This document shows positions 20,338 to 30,828 of a DNA stretch of 64,000 nucleotides, one piece after another. The position numbers and the translations under genes were made by a program. The first letter of the stretch is position 1. Every line of letters starts with the position of its first letter. This DNA comes from Verrucomicrobiaceae bacterium (lineage in GTDB: Bacteria > Verrucomicrobiota > Verrucomicrobiia > Verrucomicrobiales > Akkermansiaceae), in assembly GCA_051252135.1 (NCBI GenBank), contig JBPOGH010000003.1, positions 96,001 through 160,000 of the forward strand, in the 5' to 3' direction. The notes under the pieces were generated by a model, which was not told the DNA's origin, did not search any database, and worked only from the letters and a program-made list of their open reading frames with translations.

Positions 20338-20856
20338 ATGGAAAACGAAGAAAGCGTCGTATGGAAAGGCCGGTCCTCCCAAATCGTCAACTTTTGGCCA
20401 TTTGTCTTCTCCGGCCTCGTGGCCCTCGCCTTCATCGCCCTCGCCTTCGCCAACCCCTTCTTCCTCATCGGCATCCTTCTCCCCGCCGCCTATGCCGGAT
20501 GGCTCTGGCTCAGCACCAAATGCCGCATCTTCGAATTCACCAGCGAACGCATGCGCCTCTACGAGGGCGTCCTCAACCAGGAAATCAACGAGGTCGAACT
20601 CTACCGCGTCAAGGACACCAAAATCCAAAAACCCTTCTGGCTCCGCATCTTCGGCCTCTCCACCATCGTCCTCGATACCTCGGACCGCTCCTGCCCCATC
20701 ATCGAAATCCGGGCCATCAGAGACGGTGCCGCCATCCGTGAGAAACTCCGCAAACAAGTCGAAATCCTCCGCGACAAAAAACGCGTCCGTGAAGTCGACT
20801 TCGAAGGCAGCGGTGGCGACGACTTCGCCGACGGCGATGATTTTGAAATGGTCTAA
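20338..20856 (+). CDS. Membrane protein with bacterial PH domain
   Basis: Two TMs, then T.ER....GVL......ELYRVKD......W.RIFGL.T. Confidence 0.82.
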   Translation: MENEESVVWKGRSSQIVNFWPFVFSGLVALAFIALAFANPFFLIGILLPAAYAGWLWLSTKCRIFEFTSERMRLYEGVLNQEINEVELYRVKDTKIQKPFWLRIFGLSTIVLDTSDRSCPIIEIRAIRDGAAIREKLRKQVEILRDKKRVREVDFEGSGGDDFADGDDFEMV

Positions 20857-20883
20857 CCCCTCCCCGGAGGCTAACTTCCCGCC

Positions 20884-21444
20884 ATGCAGAAATGGCTCCC
20901 GCTCTTTGTCTTCGTCATCATCCTCGGAGTGGCCCGCCTTCTGGGCGGCCTCGCCCCTGAGACGCTCGGCAACCTTCAGCCCTACGGCGCCCTCTTTTTC
21001 TGCGGCATGGCCTGCTTCGGCCTCCGCTGGCTCGCCATCCCCGCCCTCGCCTGGTTCCTGACCTACCCCCTCACCAATGCCCTCAACGGCTACGGCTGGA
21101 GCGCCCAAATCCTCGTCCCCATCGCCGGCTTCGCCGTCATCATCGGACTCGCCCGCTTCTTCAAAGGCAAATCACCCAAAGCCATCTTCCTCGGCTCCCT
21201 CACCTCCGCCGTCGCCTTCTACCTCCTCACCAACACCCTCAGCTGGGCCTTCGATCCCGGCTATGCCAAATCCCTCGGCGGCCTCACCCAAGCCCTCACC
21301 ACCGGCCTCCCCGGCTACCTCCCCACCTGGACCTTCTTCCGCAACGGCCTCATCTCCCAGGCCCTCTTCAGCGGCGTCTTCCTCCTCGCCACCCAAAATC
21401 TCCGCACCCTAAGCCTCTCCTCCCCGGTCCCCTCCCAGGGATAG
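20884..21444 (+). CDS. DUF6580-like putative transport membrane protein
   Basis: NLQPYGALFF, FYLLTN..W, GLP...FFRN pattern; multiple TMs. Confidence 0.7.
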   Translation: MQKWLPLFVFVIILGVARLLGGLAPETLGNLQPYGALFFCGMACFGLRWLAIPALAWFLTYPLTNALNGYGWSAQILVPIAGFAVIIGLARFFKGKSPKAIFLGSLTSAVAFYLLTNTLSWAFDPGYAKSLGGLTQALTTGLPGYLPTWTFFRNGLISQALFSGVFLLATQNLRTLSLSSPVPSQG

Positions 21445-21457
21445 TCCCCCACCCAGC

Positions 21458-22426
21458 GTGCAGTCACTCACCATCCCCGAGCCCGGCGGCGATCGGCTCG
21501 ACGCCTACCTCGCTGCCCACCTGCCCGACCTCTCACGCTCGCGCATCCAGGCCCTCATCAAAGAAGGACACATCCTTCTCAATGACGCCAAAGTGAAGGC
21601 CAAAGTCGCCCTCAAAGCGGGCGACCGCGTCACCGTCAACATCCCCGAGCCCACCCCGCTCGACCTCATCGCTCAGGACATCCCCCTCGAAGTCCTCTTC
21701 GAGGACGCCGACCTCATCGTCATCAACAAAGCTCACGGCATCGTCGTCCACCCCGCCGCCGGAAATCCCGATGGCACCCTCGTAAACGCCCTCCTCCACC
21801 ATTGCCAGGGACAACTCGCCGGCATCGGCGGCGTCGAACGCCCCGGCATCGTCCACCGACTCGATAAGGACACCTCAGGATGCCTCGTCGCCGCCAAGAC
21901 CGACCGCGCACACCAATCACTCGTCGGCCAGTTTGCCGACCGCAAGACCGCCAAACTCTACCTCGCCGTCACCCAGTCGCCGCCCAAACAAAACCACCAA
22001 ACCGTCTTCAACCACATCGCCCGCCACCCCGTCCACCGCCAACGCATGGACGTCTGCAACCCAGGCTCCGGAAAACCCGCCATCACCGACATCCACCTCC
22101 TCCACACCGCCCCGGATGGCACCTCCCTCATCCTCTGCGCCCTCCACACCGGACGCACCCACCAAATCCGCGTCCACAACCGCTTCCTCGGCCACCCCCT
22201 CCTCGGCGACCCCATCTACGCCAAGCCCGGACGCCAAGCCCGGGAAGCCCCCCGCCTCATGCTCCACGCCTGGCGACTCGGATTCACCCACATTGCATCC
22301 GGACAATGGATTCAAAATGAAGCCCCCATCCCAGGCGAATTCCTTCCCTGGACCGATCAGGTAACCGACCGACTCGAACAAATCCGCGCAATTGGCGACA
22401 GCAAGGAATTCGATGCTCTCTGGTAA
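21458..22426 (+). CDS. RluA/RluD-family pseudouridine synthase with S4 domain
   Basis: RLD..LA....SRSRIQ, VVHPA.G, HRLDKDTSG, TGRTHQIRVH. Confidence 0.93.
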   Translation: MQSLTIPEPGGDRLDAYLAAHLPDLSRSRIQALIKEGHILLNDAKVKAKVALKAGDRVTVNIPEPTPLDLIAQDIPLEVLFEDADLIVINKAHGIVVHPAAGNPDGTLVNALLHHCQGQLAGIGGVERPGIVHRLDKDTSGCLVAAKTDRAHQSLVGQFADRKTAKLYLAVTQSPPKQNHQTVFNHIARHPVHRQRMDVCNPGSGKPAITDIHLLHTAPDGTSLILCALHTGRTHQIRVHNRFLGHPLLGDPIYAKPGRQAREAPRLMLHAWRLGFTHIASGQWIQNEAPIPGEFLPWTDQVTDRLEQIRAIGDSKEFDALW

Positions 22427-22478
22427 ACCTTGAAAAGAGCATCGCTTCGCAGCATATTTTCTCCGACGGACAATCGTG

Positions 22479-23069
22479 ATGAGAGTCGAAATCAAAAAAC
22501 GCTATCTCCGTCTCGTCAGACGCGCATACCGCGTTCTCCGCAGCCCTCAATTACGGCAGCGCAAATGGCTCCAAAAACTCATCCACCCGATGTTCGACCG
22601 CGAGCTCTGGCACCCCTGCCGGGACACCGTCTCCTCCGGACTCTCCATCGGACTGTTTGTCTCCATGCTCCCCATGCCGGGACAAATGATCGTCGCCGCC
22701 TTTGGAGCCGTTAAGCTCCGCGCCAATATCCCCCTCGCCATCGCCACCTGCTGGGTCACCAATCCCTTCACCCAGGTTCCCATCATGCTCTTTCAGGAAC
22801 GCTTCGGCGACTTCCTCCGCAGCACCCTCGGAATCCCCATCCACCCCTTTCTCGAAAACATCGAGGTCCCCATCCCCACCATCGGCACCCTCAATGCCGG
22901 CAGCTTCATCCTCGGCTTCCTCACCGCCGCCTTCCTCCTGATGATCCTCACCTACCCGATCGTCTACCTCCTCTCATCCCTCGTGCCCAAGATCATCCCC
23001 AAAAACCGCTACAAGCGGGCCAAGGCCAAGATCATTGCCCGGATTGAGAACCATAATCGGTCCAAGTAA
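22479..23069 (+). CDS. DUF2062-domain membrane protein
   Basis: LW.P.R..V..G..IGLF...P.PGQ, RAN.P.A....WVTNP.T. Confidence 0.85.
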   Translation: MRVEIKKRYLRLVRRAYRVLRSPQLRQRKWLQKLIHPMFDRELWHPCRDTVSSGLSIGLFVSMLPMPGQMIVAAFGAVKLRANIPLAIATCWVTNPFTQVPIMLFQERFGDFLRSTLGIPIHPFLENIEVPIPTIGTLNAGSFILGFLTAAFLLMILTYPIVYLLSSLVPKIIPKNRYKRAKAKIIARIENHNRSK

Positions 23070-23817
23070 TCTTACCGCCCCCGTTCGGCGCGCCCAGACG
23101 CTCACCCACCAGCACATCGGGAAAACGATAGACCCGCGCGGCCTTCTCCTGGGCTCTCCCCAACACCTTGGAGAGAATCGCCATCAGCAGACCCACTCCT
23201 AAAAACGCCAACGCCATCCAACCCATGAAATCAAGAGCCTCTTTCCCCGGCTCGGCCTCCTTATTCGCCTGAAGACGGTCCGCAATCAACTCGCTGATCT
23301 TGAGCGTAAAATTGCGAATCTTCTCCTCCATCGGAGCGTCCCCTCCCATCGTCTCACTCGCTTGCCCGATCAAATCCTCAAGATCCGCCATCAAAATCCG
23401 CGGCATCAGCCCCCTCTCCATAAAGTCCCCCGCATACAACTGGCGCGACCGCCCCGTATCCCCGCCCCCCGGATTCTGGATATCAATCGTAAAAATCAAC
23501 CCGTCATTCTCCGGCGCCAACCACTTCTGATGCGCCGCCTCACCCTCAATCACCACGTTGGAACCGATCAGTCCCGAAAAAACGATCACATACGCATCAA
23601 AGTCATGCTTCGCCTTCAGTTCCTTCAGCGCCACCGAAATCTCCTGAAGCTCCTCCTGATGAAGCCGGAACACATTGTCCGGATCATACACCCGCGACTC
23701 CGGAGGATCCCCGTAATCCCGGGCCCGCGTCAAAGCCAAATTCAATTGGCCCCAACCCATCCCCGTGAGCAGGAACAAGCCCGCCAACACACCAAAGAAC
23801 CCTCGTTTCATCCCCAT
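23032..23817 (-). CDS. TPM-like domain protein with C-terminal TM
   Basis: Signal peptide, RVYDP..VF, TM, RLGAP.GGG tail; 38-nt convergent overlap with the DUF2062 gene. Confidence 0.6.
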   Translation of the reverse strand: MGMKRGFFGVLAGLFLLTGMGWGQLNLALTRARDYGDPPESRVYDPDNVFRLHQEELQEISVALKELKAKHDFDAYVIVFSGLIGSNVVIEGEAAHQKWLAPENDGLIFTIDIQNPGGGDTGRSRQLYAGDFMERGLMPRILMADLEDLIGQASETMGGDAPMEEKIRNFTLKISELIADRLQANKEAEPGKEALDFMGWMALAFLGVGLLMAILSKVLGRAQEKAARVYRFPDVLVGERLGAPNGGGKITWTDYGSQSGQ

Positions 23818-23842
23818 CAATCTACCACGCCCTTCCCCGAAG

Positions 23843-24433
23843 CTAACCCTCTTTTTTCTCCTCCTTCCGGAAGGCCGATAAAAACAACAGCACCGCCGCA
23901 CAGGAAATACTCGCATCCGCCACGTTAAATGTCGGCCAATGCCCCCCGCTCTCCGGCCTCACCTTCTCGTAACCCGGAATCTTCACATCAATGAAATCCA
24001 CCACATATCCCTTCGACAGCCGCGTCACAAACGACTTCTCCTCATGCTGCTCCAGATAAAATCCCTGGAACAAACGGTCCGTCAAATTGCCCAACACCCC
24101 TGCCACCAATAGCGCCGCCGCCACCCGCAGCGCCTTCGTCTCAAAAAACCCCTTCCGCCACGCAAAAATAATCCCCCCTAACGCCCCCACCAGCACCATC
24201 GTAAACACAATCGGCGCCCACGTGCTCCCGTTCCCAAAGCCAAACGCCACCCCCTGGTTGTGCACCCGCCACCACCACAGCACCCCCTCAATCACTTCGA
24301 TCTTCGGGTCCAGCGTCGCAAAGCGTCCTTCCGGCGGCTCCGCAAACGCCCCCACCGCCCACCACTTCGTGATCTGATCGATCACATAAAGCGGCAGACT
24401 CAGCGCCAAAAAGAGAACCGGGATATTCTTCAT
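23843..24433 (-). CDS. lspA: Signal peptidase II
   Basis: DQITK, N.GVAFG, GNL.DR, VVDFI, WPTFNVAD. Confidence 0.93.
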   Translation of the reverse strand: MKNIPVLFLALSLPLYVIDQITKWWAVGAFAEPPEGRFATLDPKIEVIEGVLWWWRVHNQGVAFGFGNGSTWAPIVFTMVLVGALGGIIFAWRKGFFETKALRVAAALLVAGVLGNLTDRLFQGFYLEQHEEKSFVTRLSKGYVVDFIDVKIPGYEKVRPESGGHWPTFNVADASISCAAVLLFLSAFRKEEKKEG

Positions 24434-24443
24434 CACTCGATCT

Positions 24444-25175
24444 CTACGCGCCACGCATCAGGGAAATCTCAGCCAAACTGATAAACGAACTCACCAACTC
24501 CTCGGAAGAAGCCTCCTTCAGCACATCCACCGGCACCGCACGGTCCAGCGTAAACCGGCCGGACCTCGTCCGCCGCAACGCGCTCAAGTGACCACCGCAG
24601 CCCAGCTCCCGGCCAATGTCGTGGGCATAAGACCGCACGTAGAATCCCTTCGAACAATCCACCGTGAAATCAATCTCCGGCAGCTCGATCCGATCCAGCT
24701 CGTAATTCGTCACAAAAACCGGACGCGGGTCCCGCTTCACTTCCTGCCCCTTGCGCGCCAATTTATAAAGCGGCACCCCATCCTTCTTGATCGCCGAGAC
24801 CATTGGAGGAATCTGCTCAAAGTTCCCCTTGTAGAGATCAAAGGCCGCCCGAATCTGCTCCTCGCTCAACTCGGGAACCTCCTTCTCCTCCACAATCTCA
24901 CCCTCCTTGTCCTGGGTCGATGTCGTAGCCCCCAGGGTGATCGTCCCCACATAGGTCTTATCCTCGCTCATCAGGAGATCCTGAATCTTCGTCGCACGGT
25001 TAATCACCAGCATCAACAGGCCGGTCGCCATCGGGTCAAGCGTACCGCAATGACCGATCTTTTTCATCTTCAACTGACGCCGCGCAATCGCCACCACATC
25101 GTGGGACGTCATACCCGGAGCCTTATCAATCAGGAGAACTCCGCTAGGGAGATCGTTGGAGTTAGGGGCTTGCAT
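24444..25175 (-). CDS. truB: tRNA pseudouridine(55) synthase
   Basis: DK..GMTSHD, GHCGTLDP.ATG, Q.PPM.SA.K..G..LY, CSKG.YVRS. Confidence 0.96.
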   Translation of the reverse strand: MQAPNSNDLPSGVLLIDKAPGMTSHDVVAIARRQLKMKKIGHCGTLDPMATGLLMLVINRATKIQDLLMSEDKTYVGTITLGATTSTQDKEGEIVEEKEVPELSEEQIRAAFDLYKGNFEQIPPMVSAIKKDGVPLYKLARKGQEVKRDPRPVFVTNYELDRIELPEIDFTVDCSKGFYVRSYAHDIGRELGCGGHLSALRRTRSGRFTLDRAVPVDVLKEASSEELVSSFISLAEISLMRGA

Positions 25176-25187
25176 AAATAAAAATTG

Positions 25188-26177
25188 TTAGAGTGCTGAT
25201 TCCACCGCCTGGTTGATCTCCGCGAGCACCCGCTCCCGCGCCACCTCCAGCGGACCCGCCATCCGGATCCCCGCCGCCAGCGCATGACCGCCACCGCCAA
25301 AAATCCCGCAGAGCTCACTGCAATTGATCCGCTTGTCTTTCGAGCGCATCGATACCCGGATTTTCCCCTCCCCGAGCTCCTCAAAAAACACCGCAATCAC
25401 CACCCCTTGGATCGACCGGATAATATCAATCATCCCCTCCGTGTCATCATCCACCAAACCCAACTCCTCCTTCGTCTCCTCCTTCAGATGCCACCACGCC
25501 ACCCGCCCGTCTTCCGAGCGCTCCAGCGTGTTCAACAACGCCCGCATCAACTCCACCCTGCGATACGGTTGGTTATCGTAAGTCAGCTGGTTGATCTCCC
25601 CCACATTCAGCCCCCGCGACACCAGGTCCGCCGCCATCTCATAAGTCGCCTGAGTCGTCCCCGGATATTGAAACGATCCCGTATCGGTCGACGTCGCCAC
25701 ATAAATCGAATCCCGGCTGATCTCCGAAAGCGGCAGACCCAACCCCTTGATCACATTGTAAACAATCTGCCCCGTCGATGGACTCGTATCATCCACCAAA
25801 TTCAAATCCCCATAACCCGGATTCGAAATGTGATGGTCAATATTGATCACCATCCCCGCCGCCTCCACCACCTTCAGCGAACACTCGCCCACCCGCGCCT
25901 TCGCCGCCGTATCCAAACAAATCGCCACCTCCGCCTTCACCTCGCCCGCCTCCGCGGAAACCTCCACCTTCTCCGATCCCGGTAAAAACACCAATGACTC
26001 CGGACACCCGTCCTCATTCAAATAGCGCACCTGCTTCCCAATCCCCTCCAGCGCATGCCCCATTGCCAAAATCGACCCAATCGCATCCCCATCCGGCCGC
26101 ACATGACTCACCACCACAAAAGTTTCGTGGTCGCGCAGCACCTGCCCGATCGCCCCAATGGTCGCATTTTCGCTCAT
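25188..26177 (-). CDS. nrnA: DHH-family oligoribonuclease / pAp phosphatase (NrnA-like)
   Basis: H.RPDGDAIGS, IDHH, TDTGSF, GGGGH..AAG. Confidence 0.9.
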   Translation of the reverse strand: MSENATIGAIGQVLRDHETFVVVSHVRPDGDAIGSILAMGHALEGIGKQVRYLNEDGCPESLVFLPGSEKVEVSAEAGEVKAEVAICLDTAAKARVGECSLKVVEAAGMVINIDHHISNPGYGDLNLVDDTSPSTGQIVYNVIKGLGLPLSEISRDSIYVATSTDTGSFQYPGTTQATYEMAADLVSRGLNVGEINQLTYDNQPYRRVELMRALLNTLERSEDGRVAWWHLKEETKEELGLVDDDTEGMIDIIRSIQGVVIAVFFEELGEGKIRVSMRSKDKRINCSELCGIFGGGGHALAAGIRMAGPLEVARERVLAEINQAVESAL

Positions 26178-26258
26178 AATCATCCCCGACAACCCGCCGG
26201 GCCGCGGATTCTCGCCATCAACACCACACGTTCAAGGACGAACTCACCACATCCCTCC

Positions 26259-27512
26259 CTACACCAACCCCGTCATCGTCGTCTTCGCCGTCGCAAACCC
26301 TTCCGCCTCCATCCCCAGATTCCTCAACATCGAAAGATATAAATTCGGCAACGGATAGTTGTCCGTCTGGCTGAACGCCAAATGCTGCCCGTGCTTGAAT
26401 CCACCACCCCCAAAGAGCACCGGCATGTTCCGGTTGTCGTGCGATGACGCATTCCCCAGGTTCGAGGTCAGCAACACCATCGTATCATCCAGCAAGCCCG
26501 CCCCCTTCAACTGACGTAAAAAATCTCCCCAGCGATCAATCGTCGCCTGCTCCACAATCGCCAGCTGCTCCAGCTTCTCCTCACTCCGCCCATGGTGCGA
26601 AAGCGAGTGATAGGACTCATCAACCCCCTCCAGCGAGCGCACCGAATTCCCCGTGCAATGCAGCGTCATGAACCGTGTCGAGTCCGTCTGCAGCGCCAAA
26701 AACATCGTGTCCAAAAACGCCCGTGCAATGTCCGGCGCACTATCACGATCCGCCGCCGCCGGCATCTTCCCCACCTTCGGCTTCGGCTTGTTGATCCACG
26801 CCTCATTCGCCTCCAGACGCAACTCAAGCTCACGCACCGAGGTATACCATTGATCCAACTTATCCCGATCCCCCGGACCCACCTTGCGCTCCAGCGATTT
26901 CGCCTCCGCCTGCACAATATCCAGAATCGACTGCCCGCCCTGCGCAATCTCCGCCTGCCGCTTCTTCACCGCCGCACTGTCCTCCACAAAGAGCGATGCA
27001 AACAGCTGGCGCGCATCTCGCACCGCCGGAATCATCGTCCCGTTCTCCGTATACGATGGCGACCGGTCACTGCTCGTATTCAGCACCAACGATGGAAACC
27101 GCGTCTCATGCCCGTAATGCTTCGCCATCAGCTGATCCACCGAGATCGTGTTCGTCGTGTTCGCCCCCCTCTCCATCGGACAGGCTGAAAAAATCGACGC
27201 CTCTGCCGTGTGCCCACCCTTCACCCCCGGATGCGAGGTTCCGGAAATCACCGTAAACCCGTCCCGAATATCCTGCAGCGATTTCAAATAAGGCGACGGC
27301 GTGTAACTCGCCCCCTTGTCCTTCGGCACCAAAAACGGATTGTGCAGCCCGAGCGAAAGCGACACCCCCACAAACCTCTTCGGATTCACCGGCGCCGAAG
27401 CACCAAACGCCGGACACATCGCATCCAGCATCGGAAGCCCCAGCGCGATCCCCGCCTGCTTCAGAACTGTCCGTCGCGAGAGTGATTTTTGAGTCGAAAT
27501 ATACATAGCCAA
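26259..27512 (-). CDS. DUF1552-domain Tat-exported protein
   Basis: SRRTVLK..G..LGLP.LDAM, SVDQ, D.TR, YH.LSHH, H...N.P. Confidence 0.9.
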   Translation of the reverse strand: MAMYISTQKSLSRRTVLKQAGIALGLPMLDAMCPAFGASAPVNPKRFVGVSLSLGLHNPFLVPKDKGASYTPSPYLKSLQDIRDGFTVISGTSHPGVKGGHTAEASIFSACPMERGANTTNTISVDQLMAKHYGHETRFPSLVLNTSSDRSPSYTENGTMIPAVRDARQLFASLFVEDSAAVKKRQAEIAQGGQSILDIVQAEAKSLERKVGPGDRDKLDQWYTSVRELELRLEANEAWINKPKPKVGKMPAAADRDSAPDIARAFLDTMFLALQTDSTRFMTLHCTGNSVRSLEGVDESYHSLSHHGRSEEKLEQLAIVEQATIDRWGDFLRQLKGAGLLDDTMVLLTSNLGNASSHDNRNMPVLFGGGGFKHGQHLAFSQTDNYPLPNLYLSMLRNLGMEAEGFATAKTTMTGLV

Positions 27513-27521
27513 TTGGGGTTC

Positions 27522-29867
27522 TTACTTGTTCTGAAAAATGGGGCTCAACACACAGGCTTCAATGATACTCCTCAGACCATAGTCCTTTTCCGCGGACCGT
27601 TCAACGACCCGATCAAGAGTCTCCCGGTCACTGAAGTAAATCTCGCCGCCCGTTCCATAACGCAGAAGTTGCGTCGCAAAATTCCGCGCCAACATCTCGG
27701 GCCGGTCCAAATAAATCTTCCGCCAGCCCTCAAAGTTCCTAAATGCCGCCCCATCCGGAGTCACCCCCGAGGGATCGACCGCGGCCGACTTCGGCTTCGC
27801 CCCGTATCGCGTCCGGTACTGACCAATCGGATCAAAGCTCTCCAACGCAAATCCCGAGGGATCAATCTTCGCATGACAACTCGCACACGAAGCCTGCGTG
27901 CTGTGCTTCGCCAACTGGTCCCGGATCGACACCGCCCCCCGGATATCCGGCTCCACCGCCGGAATGTTCGGCGGCGGCGGCGGAATATGCCGCCCCAGAA
28001 TCCGCTCGTTGATCCACACCCCCCGCACCACCGGAGAAGTCACCGAGCCATCCGCCGTCACTTTCAAAATCGCCCCCTGCATCAGCAGACCCGACCGCTT
28101 CGCCGCATCCACCTGCACCCGCTGCAGCCCCTCACCCGGCGTCACCGGAGTGTCCCTCAACCCGTAATGACTCTTCAGCCGCGTGTTCAAAAAGGCAAAA
28201 TCCGAACGCAACAAATTCTTCACGCTCAGGTCCTCCTTGATCAATTCCGCCACAAACGCCCGACTCTCCGCCAACATCGATTCCTGCGCCACAAAATCAA
28301 AATTCCGAAACCGCTTCGGGTCCGGCTGCGTGAAATTGATATTCCGCAAATCAAGCCACTGGTCCGTGAACGATTCAATAAATCGCTCCGCCTTCGCATC
28401 CGCCAACATCCGCGCAATCTCCCCCTTCAGAACTTTCGCCTCACTCAAGGTTCCCGCCTTCGCCAGATTGCGAAGCTTCCCGTCAGGCACCGATTTCCAC
28501 AGCAAATAACTCAAGCGGCTCGCCAACGCAAACTCATCCAACTTCCCCGGCTTCTCCACAAAAGTCAAAAAATGAGGCGAACAAAGAATCGCATGATAAG
28601 CCCCCCGCAACGCCCCCGCAAAATCCTTCCCTTTCCGGTACTCGCTCAACGCCAACTCCCGGTATGCCTCCAGCTCCTCCGGCTTCACCGGCCTGCGGAA
28701 CGCCCGGTTCGCAAACGCATAAATCGCCTTCGCCAGCGCCTTCTCCGGCTCCGCCCCTCCCGTCCGAATCTCCGGCCCCTTCATCCCCGGGAACAAGCGG
28801 CTCCTCACCTCCCACTGCTTCGCATTCGGATAAATCCGCTCAATCTCGATCCCCCCAAAACGTATCCCCTCATTTCCCTCCTTCTCCAGATCACGCCCCT
28901 CGTAATTCACACTCCCCCCGTTTCCAAGCCGGGCCGATTTCTTCCCTCCCTCCGCCGGTCTCAGAACCAAAATATGCCCCTTCTGAATCCACCCCTCAAA
29001 GCTCCGCGTCGTCGGCGTCCCCGTCGCCTCAATCAATCCCACCGGATACAGCAACGGCTCGTCCGAAAAACCCGACCCCGAATGCACCGTCCCCCAAACA
29101 ACCCCATCCTCACCCGGATTCACTGCATCCACATTCTCCACCGTCACCCGATACCACCCGCTCTTCGGAATCACGGTGTTCGTCATCCGCCCGTAAAATA
29201 ACACCGATGTCGTCCAGGACACCACCTTCCCACCCCGCATCTCGGGCCCCCGGTAATTCCCTCTGCTCCTCCCCGTCAGCACTCGGGGAGGATAACGCTT
29301 CTTGAAGGTCTCATCACCCACCATCGCCCGCTGAAATGCCTCCTCCAACGCAATATCCGAAGCCCGCAGATAGCTATCGAGATGAAAATGCGACACCTGC
29401 TGATTCTGGTAAGACGACTCAAACCCATCCTCCGCCTCCGCCGTCAAATAGGGAGAAAGCGGAATATCGACCCCCAACAAATCATGCAGCGAATACTCAT
29501 ACTCCTCACGCGTCAGCCGCCGTGAGTGCACCCGACCGTTCTTCTCCAGATCCGCCAACTCCGCCTCCATCAGCGGCTTCTCAATCGCTTCCAGAAATGC
29601 CGCCATCGCCTCCGCCTCCGGACGCTCTTTCTTCTTCGGAGGCATCTCCCCCGCCTCCACCCGATGAAACACATCCTTCCACGTCGCCAGATTCCCCGGG
29701 TCCGTCGGATCAAACTTCATGTCCAGCAGGTTCAAATCCGCCTCCGCATCAAAGTCGTCATGACAACTGTAACAATGTTGGTCCAAAAACGGCTCCAACT
29801 CCGCACGCACATCCCCCCGAACCGCTCCCAACAGGGCGGCGAAAACAAAAAAAGAACGGATGATCAT
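27522..29867 (-). CDS. DUF1592/DUF1588-family protein with c-type heme motifs
   Basis: CYSCH, MPP, RRLTREEY, AFRRP, LASRLSY.LW.S.PD, SPV.RG.W, CASCH..IDP.GFALE. Confidence 0.92.
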   Translation of the reverse strand: MIIRSFFVFAALLGAVRGDVRAELEPFLDQHCYSCHDDFDAEADLNLLDMKFDPTDPGNLATWKDVFHRVEAGEMPPKKKERPEAEAMAAFLEAIEKPLMEAELADLEKNGRVHSRRLTREEYEYSLHDLLGVDIPLSPYLTAEAEDGFESSYQNQQVSHFHLDSYLRASDIALEEAFQRAMVGDETFKKRYPPRVLTGRSRGNYRGPEMRGGKVVSWTTSVLFYGRMTNTVIPKSGWYRVTVENVDAVNPGEDGVVWGTVHSGSGFSDEPLLYPVGLIEATGTPTTRSFEGWIQKGHILVLRPAEGGKKSARLGNGGSVNYEGRDLEKEGNEGIRFGGIEIERIYPNAKQWEVRSRLFPGMKGPEIRTGGAEPEKALAKAIYAFANRAFRRPVKPEELEAYRELALSEYRKGKDFAGALRGAYHAILCSPHFLTFVEKPGKLDEFALASRLSYLLWKSVPDGKLRNLAKAGTLSEAKVLKGEIARMLADAKAERFIESFTDQWLDLRNINFTQPDPKRFRNFDFVAQESMLAESRAFVAELIKEDLSVKNLLRSDFAFLNTRLKSHYGLRDTPVTPGEGLQRVQVDAAKRSGLLMQGAILKVTADGSVTSPVVRGVWINERILGRHIPPPPPNIPAVEPDIRGAVSIRDQLAKHSTQASCASCHAKIDPSGFALESFDPIGQYRTRYGAKPKSAAVDPSGVTPDGAAFRNFEGWRKIYLDRPEMLARNFATQLLRYGTGGEIYFSDRETLDRVVERSAEKDYGLRSIIEACVLSPIFQNK

Positions 29868-29948
29868 CGGCGGCTTCCACTACGAAATGTCCCTCCCCAA
29901 GATTTCATGCAATTCATTCGTGAAAATAACATACCCTGCTCCCCGCAC

Positions 29949-30824
29949 ATGTTCTCAAAAATCCTCCCAGTCCTCACTCTGACCTGTCTGGCTCACGCGG
30001 AACCCCTAAAACTCCCGCCCCTCTCCCCGGCCCCTCCCGCCGCCGGAAAACGCGTCGCCCTCACCCCTCCCGAATACCTCGCCACCAAGGTCCACCACGC
30101 CCTCTACCTCCCCACCCACTGGGACCCCCACTGGAAAGCCGCCAAGAAAACCTACCCCCTCATCGTCGAGTTCACCGGCAACTTCCACCCACCCTCCGGC
30201 TCCACTGGCGAGGTCCGGGACGCCGCCCTCGGCTTCGGCCTCTCCGGCTGTCAAGCCATCTGGCTCACTCTCCCTTACATCTCAGCAGACGGCTCAAAAA
30301 ACGAAGTCACCTGGTGGGGCGACACCCAAGCCACCATCAACTACGCCCTCAAAAACGTCCCCCGCACCTGCCAACAGTTCGGCGCCGACCCCGACCGCGT
30401 CATCCTCTGCGGCTTCTCCCGAGGCGCCATCGCCGTCAGCTACCTCGGCCTCCACAATGACGAGATCGCCCGCCTCTGGTCCGGCTTCGTCACGCACGAT
30501 CACTTCGATGGCGTCAAGGAATGGCGCGGCACCACCTGGGGCTCCCCCCTCGACACATATCAAAAAGAAGCCACCGCACGACTCTCCCGCCTCAACGGCC
30601 GCCCCCTCCTCATCTGCCAAAACACCTCCACCAGGGAAATCCGCGACTTCCTCACCCACCGCGTCCCGCTCACCAACATCACCTTCCTCGACGTCCCCGT
30701 CTCCCAAATCCTCCCCCCCTTCCCCAACCCCATCGCCAAGCACCCGCACACCGACCGCTGGCCCCTCCTTCCCAGCCCCGCCCGACAATCCGCTTGGGAT
30801 TGGCTCCAAAACATCACAAAATAA
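29949..30824 (+). CDS. Secreted alpha/beta-hydrolase-fold protein
   Basis: Signal peptide from ATG 29949; LYLP, GFSRG nucleophile motif, terminal HTD. Confidence 0.72.
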   Translation: MFSKILPVLTLTCLAHAEPLKLPPLSPAPPAAGKRVALTPPEYLATKVHHALYLPTHWDPHWKAAKKTYPLIVEFTGNFHPPSGSTGEVRDAALGFGLSGCQAIWLTLPYISADGSKNEVTWWGDTQATINYALKNVPRTCQQFGADPDRVILCGFSRGAIAVSYLGLHNDEIARLWSGFVTHDHFDGVKEWRGTTWGSPLDTYQKEATARLSRLNGRPLLICQNTSTREIRDFLTHRVPLTNITFLDVPVSQILPPFPNPIAKHPHTDRWPLLPSPARQSAWDWLQNITK

Positions 30825-30828
30825 TCCC

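Noticed and set aside
20857..20883. Cobalamin riboswitch ahead of the DUF6580-like transporter
   Set aside because: The gap is only 27 bp, leaving no room for the element.
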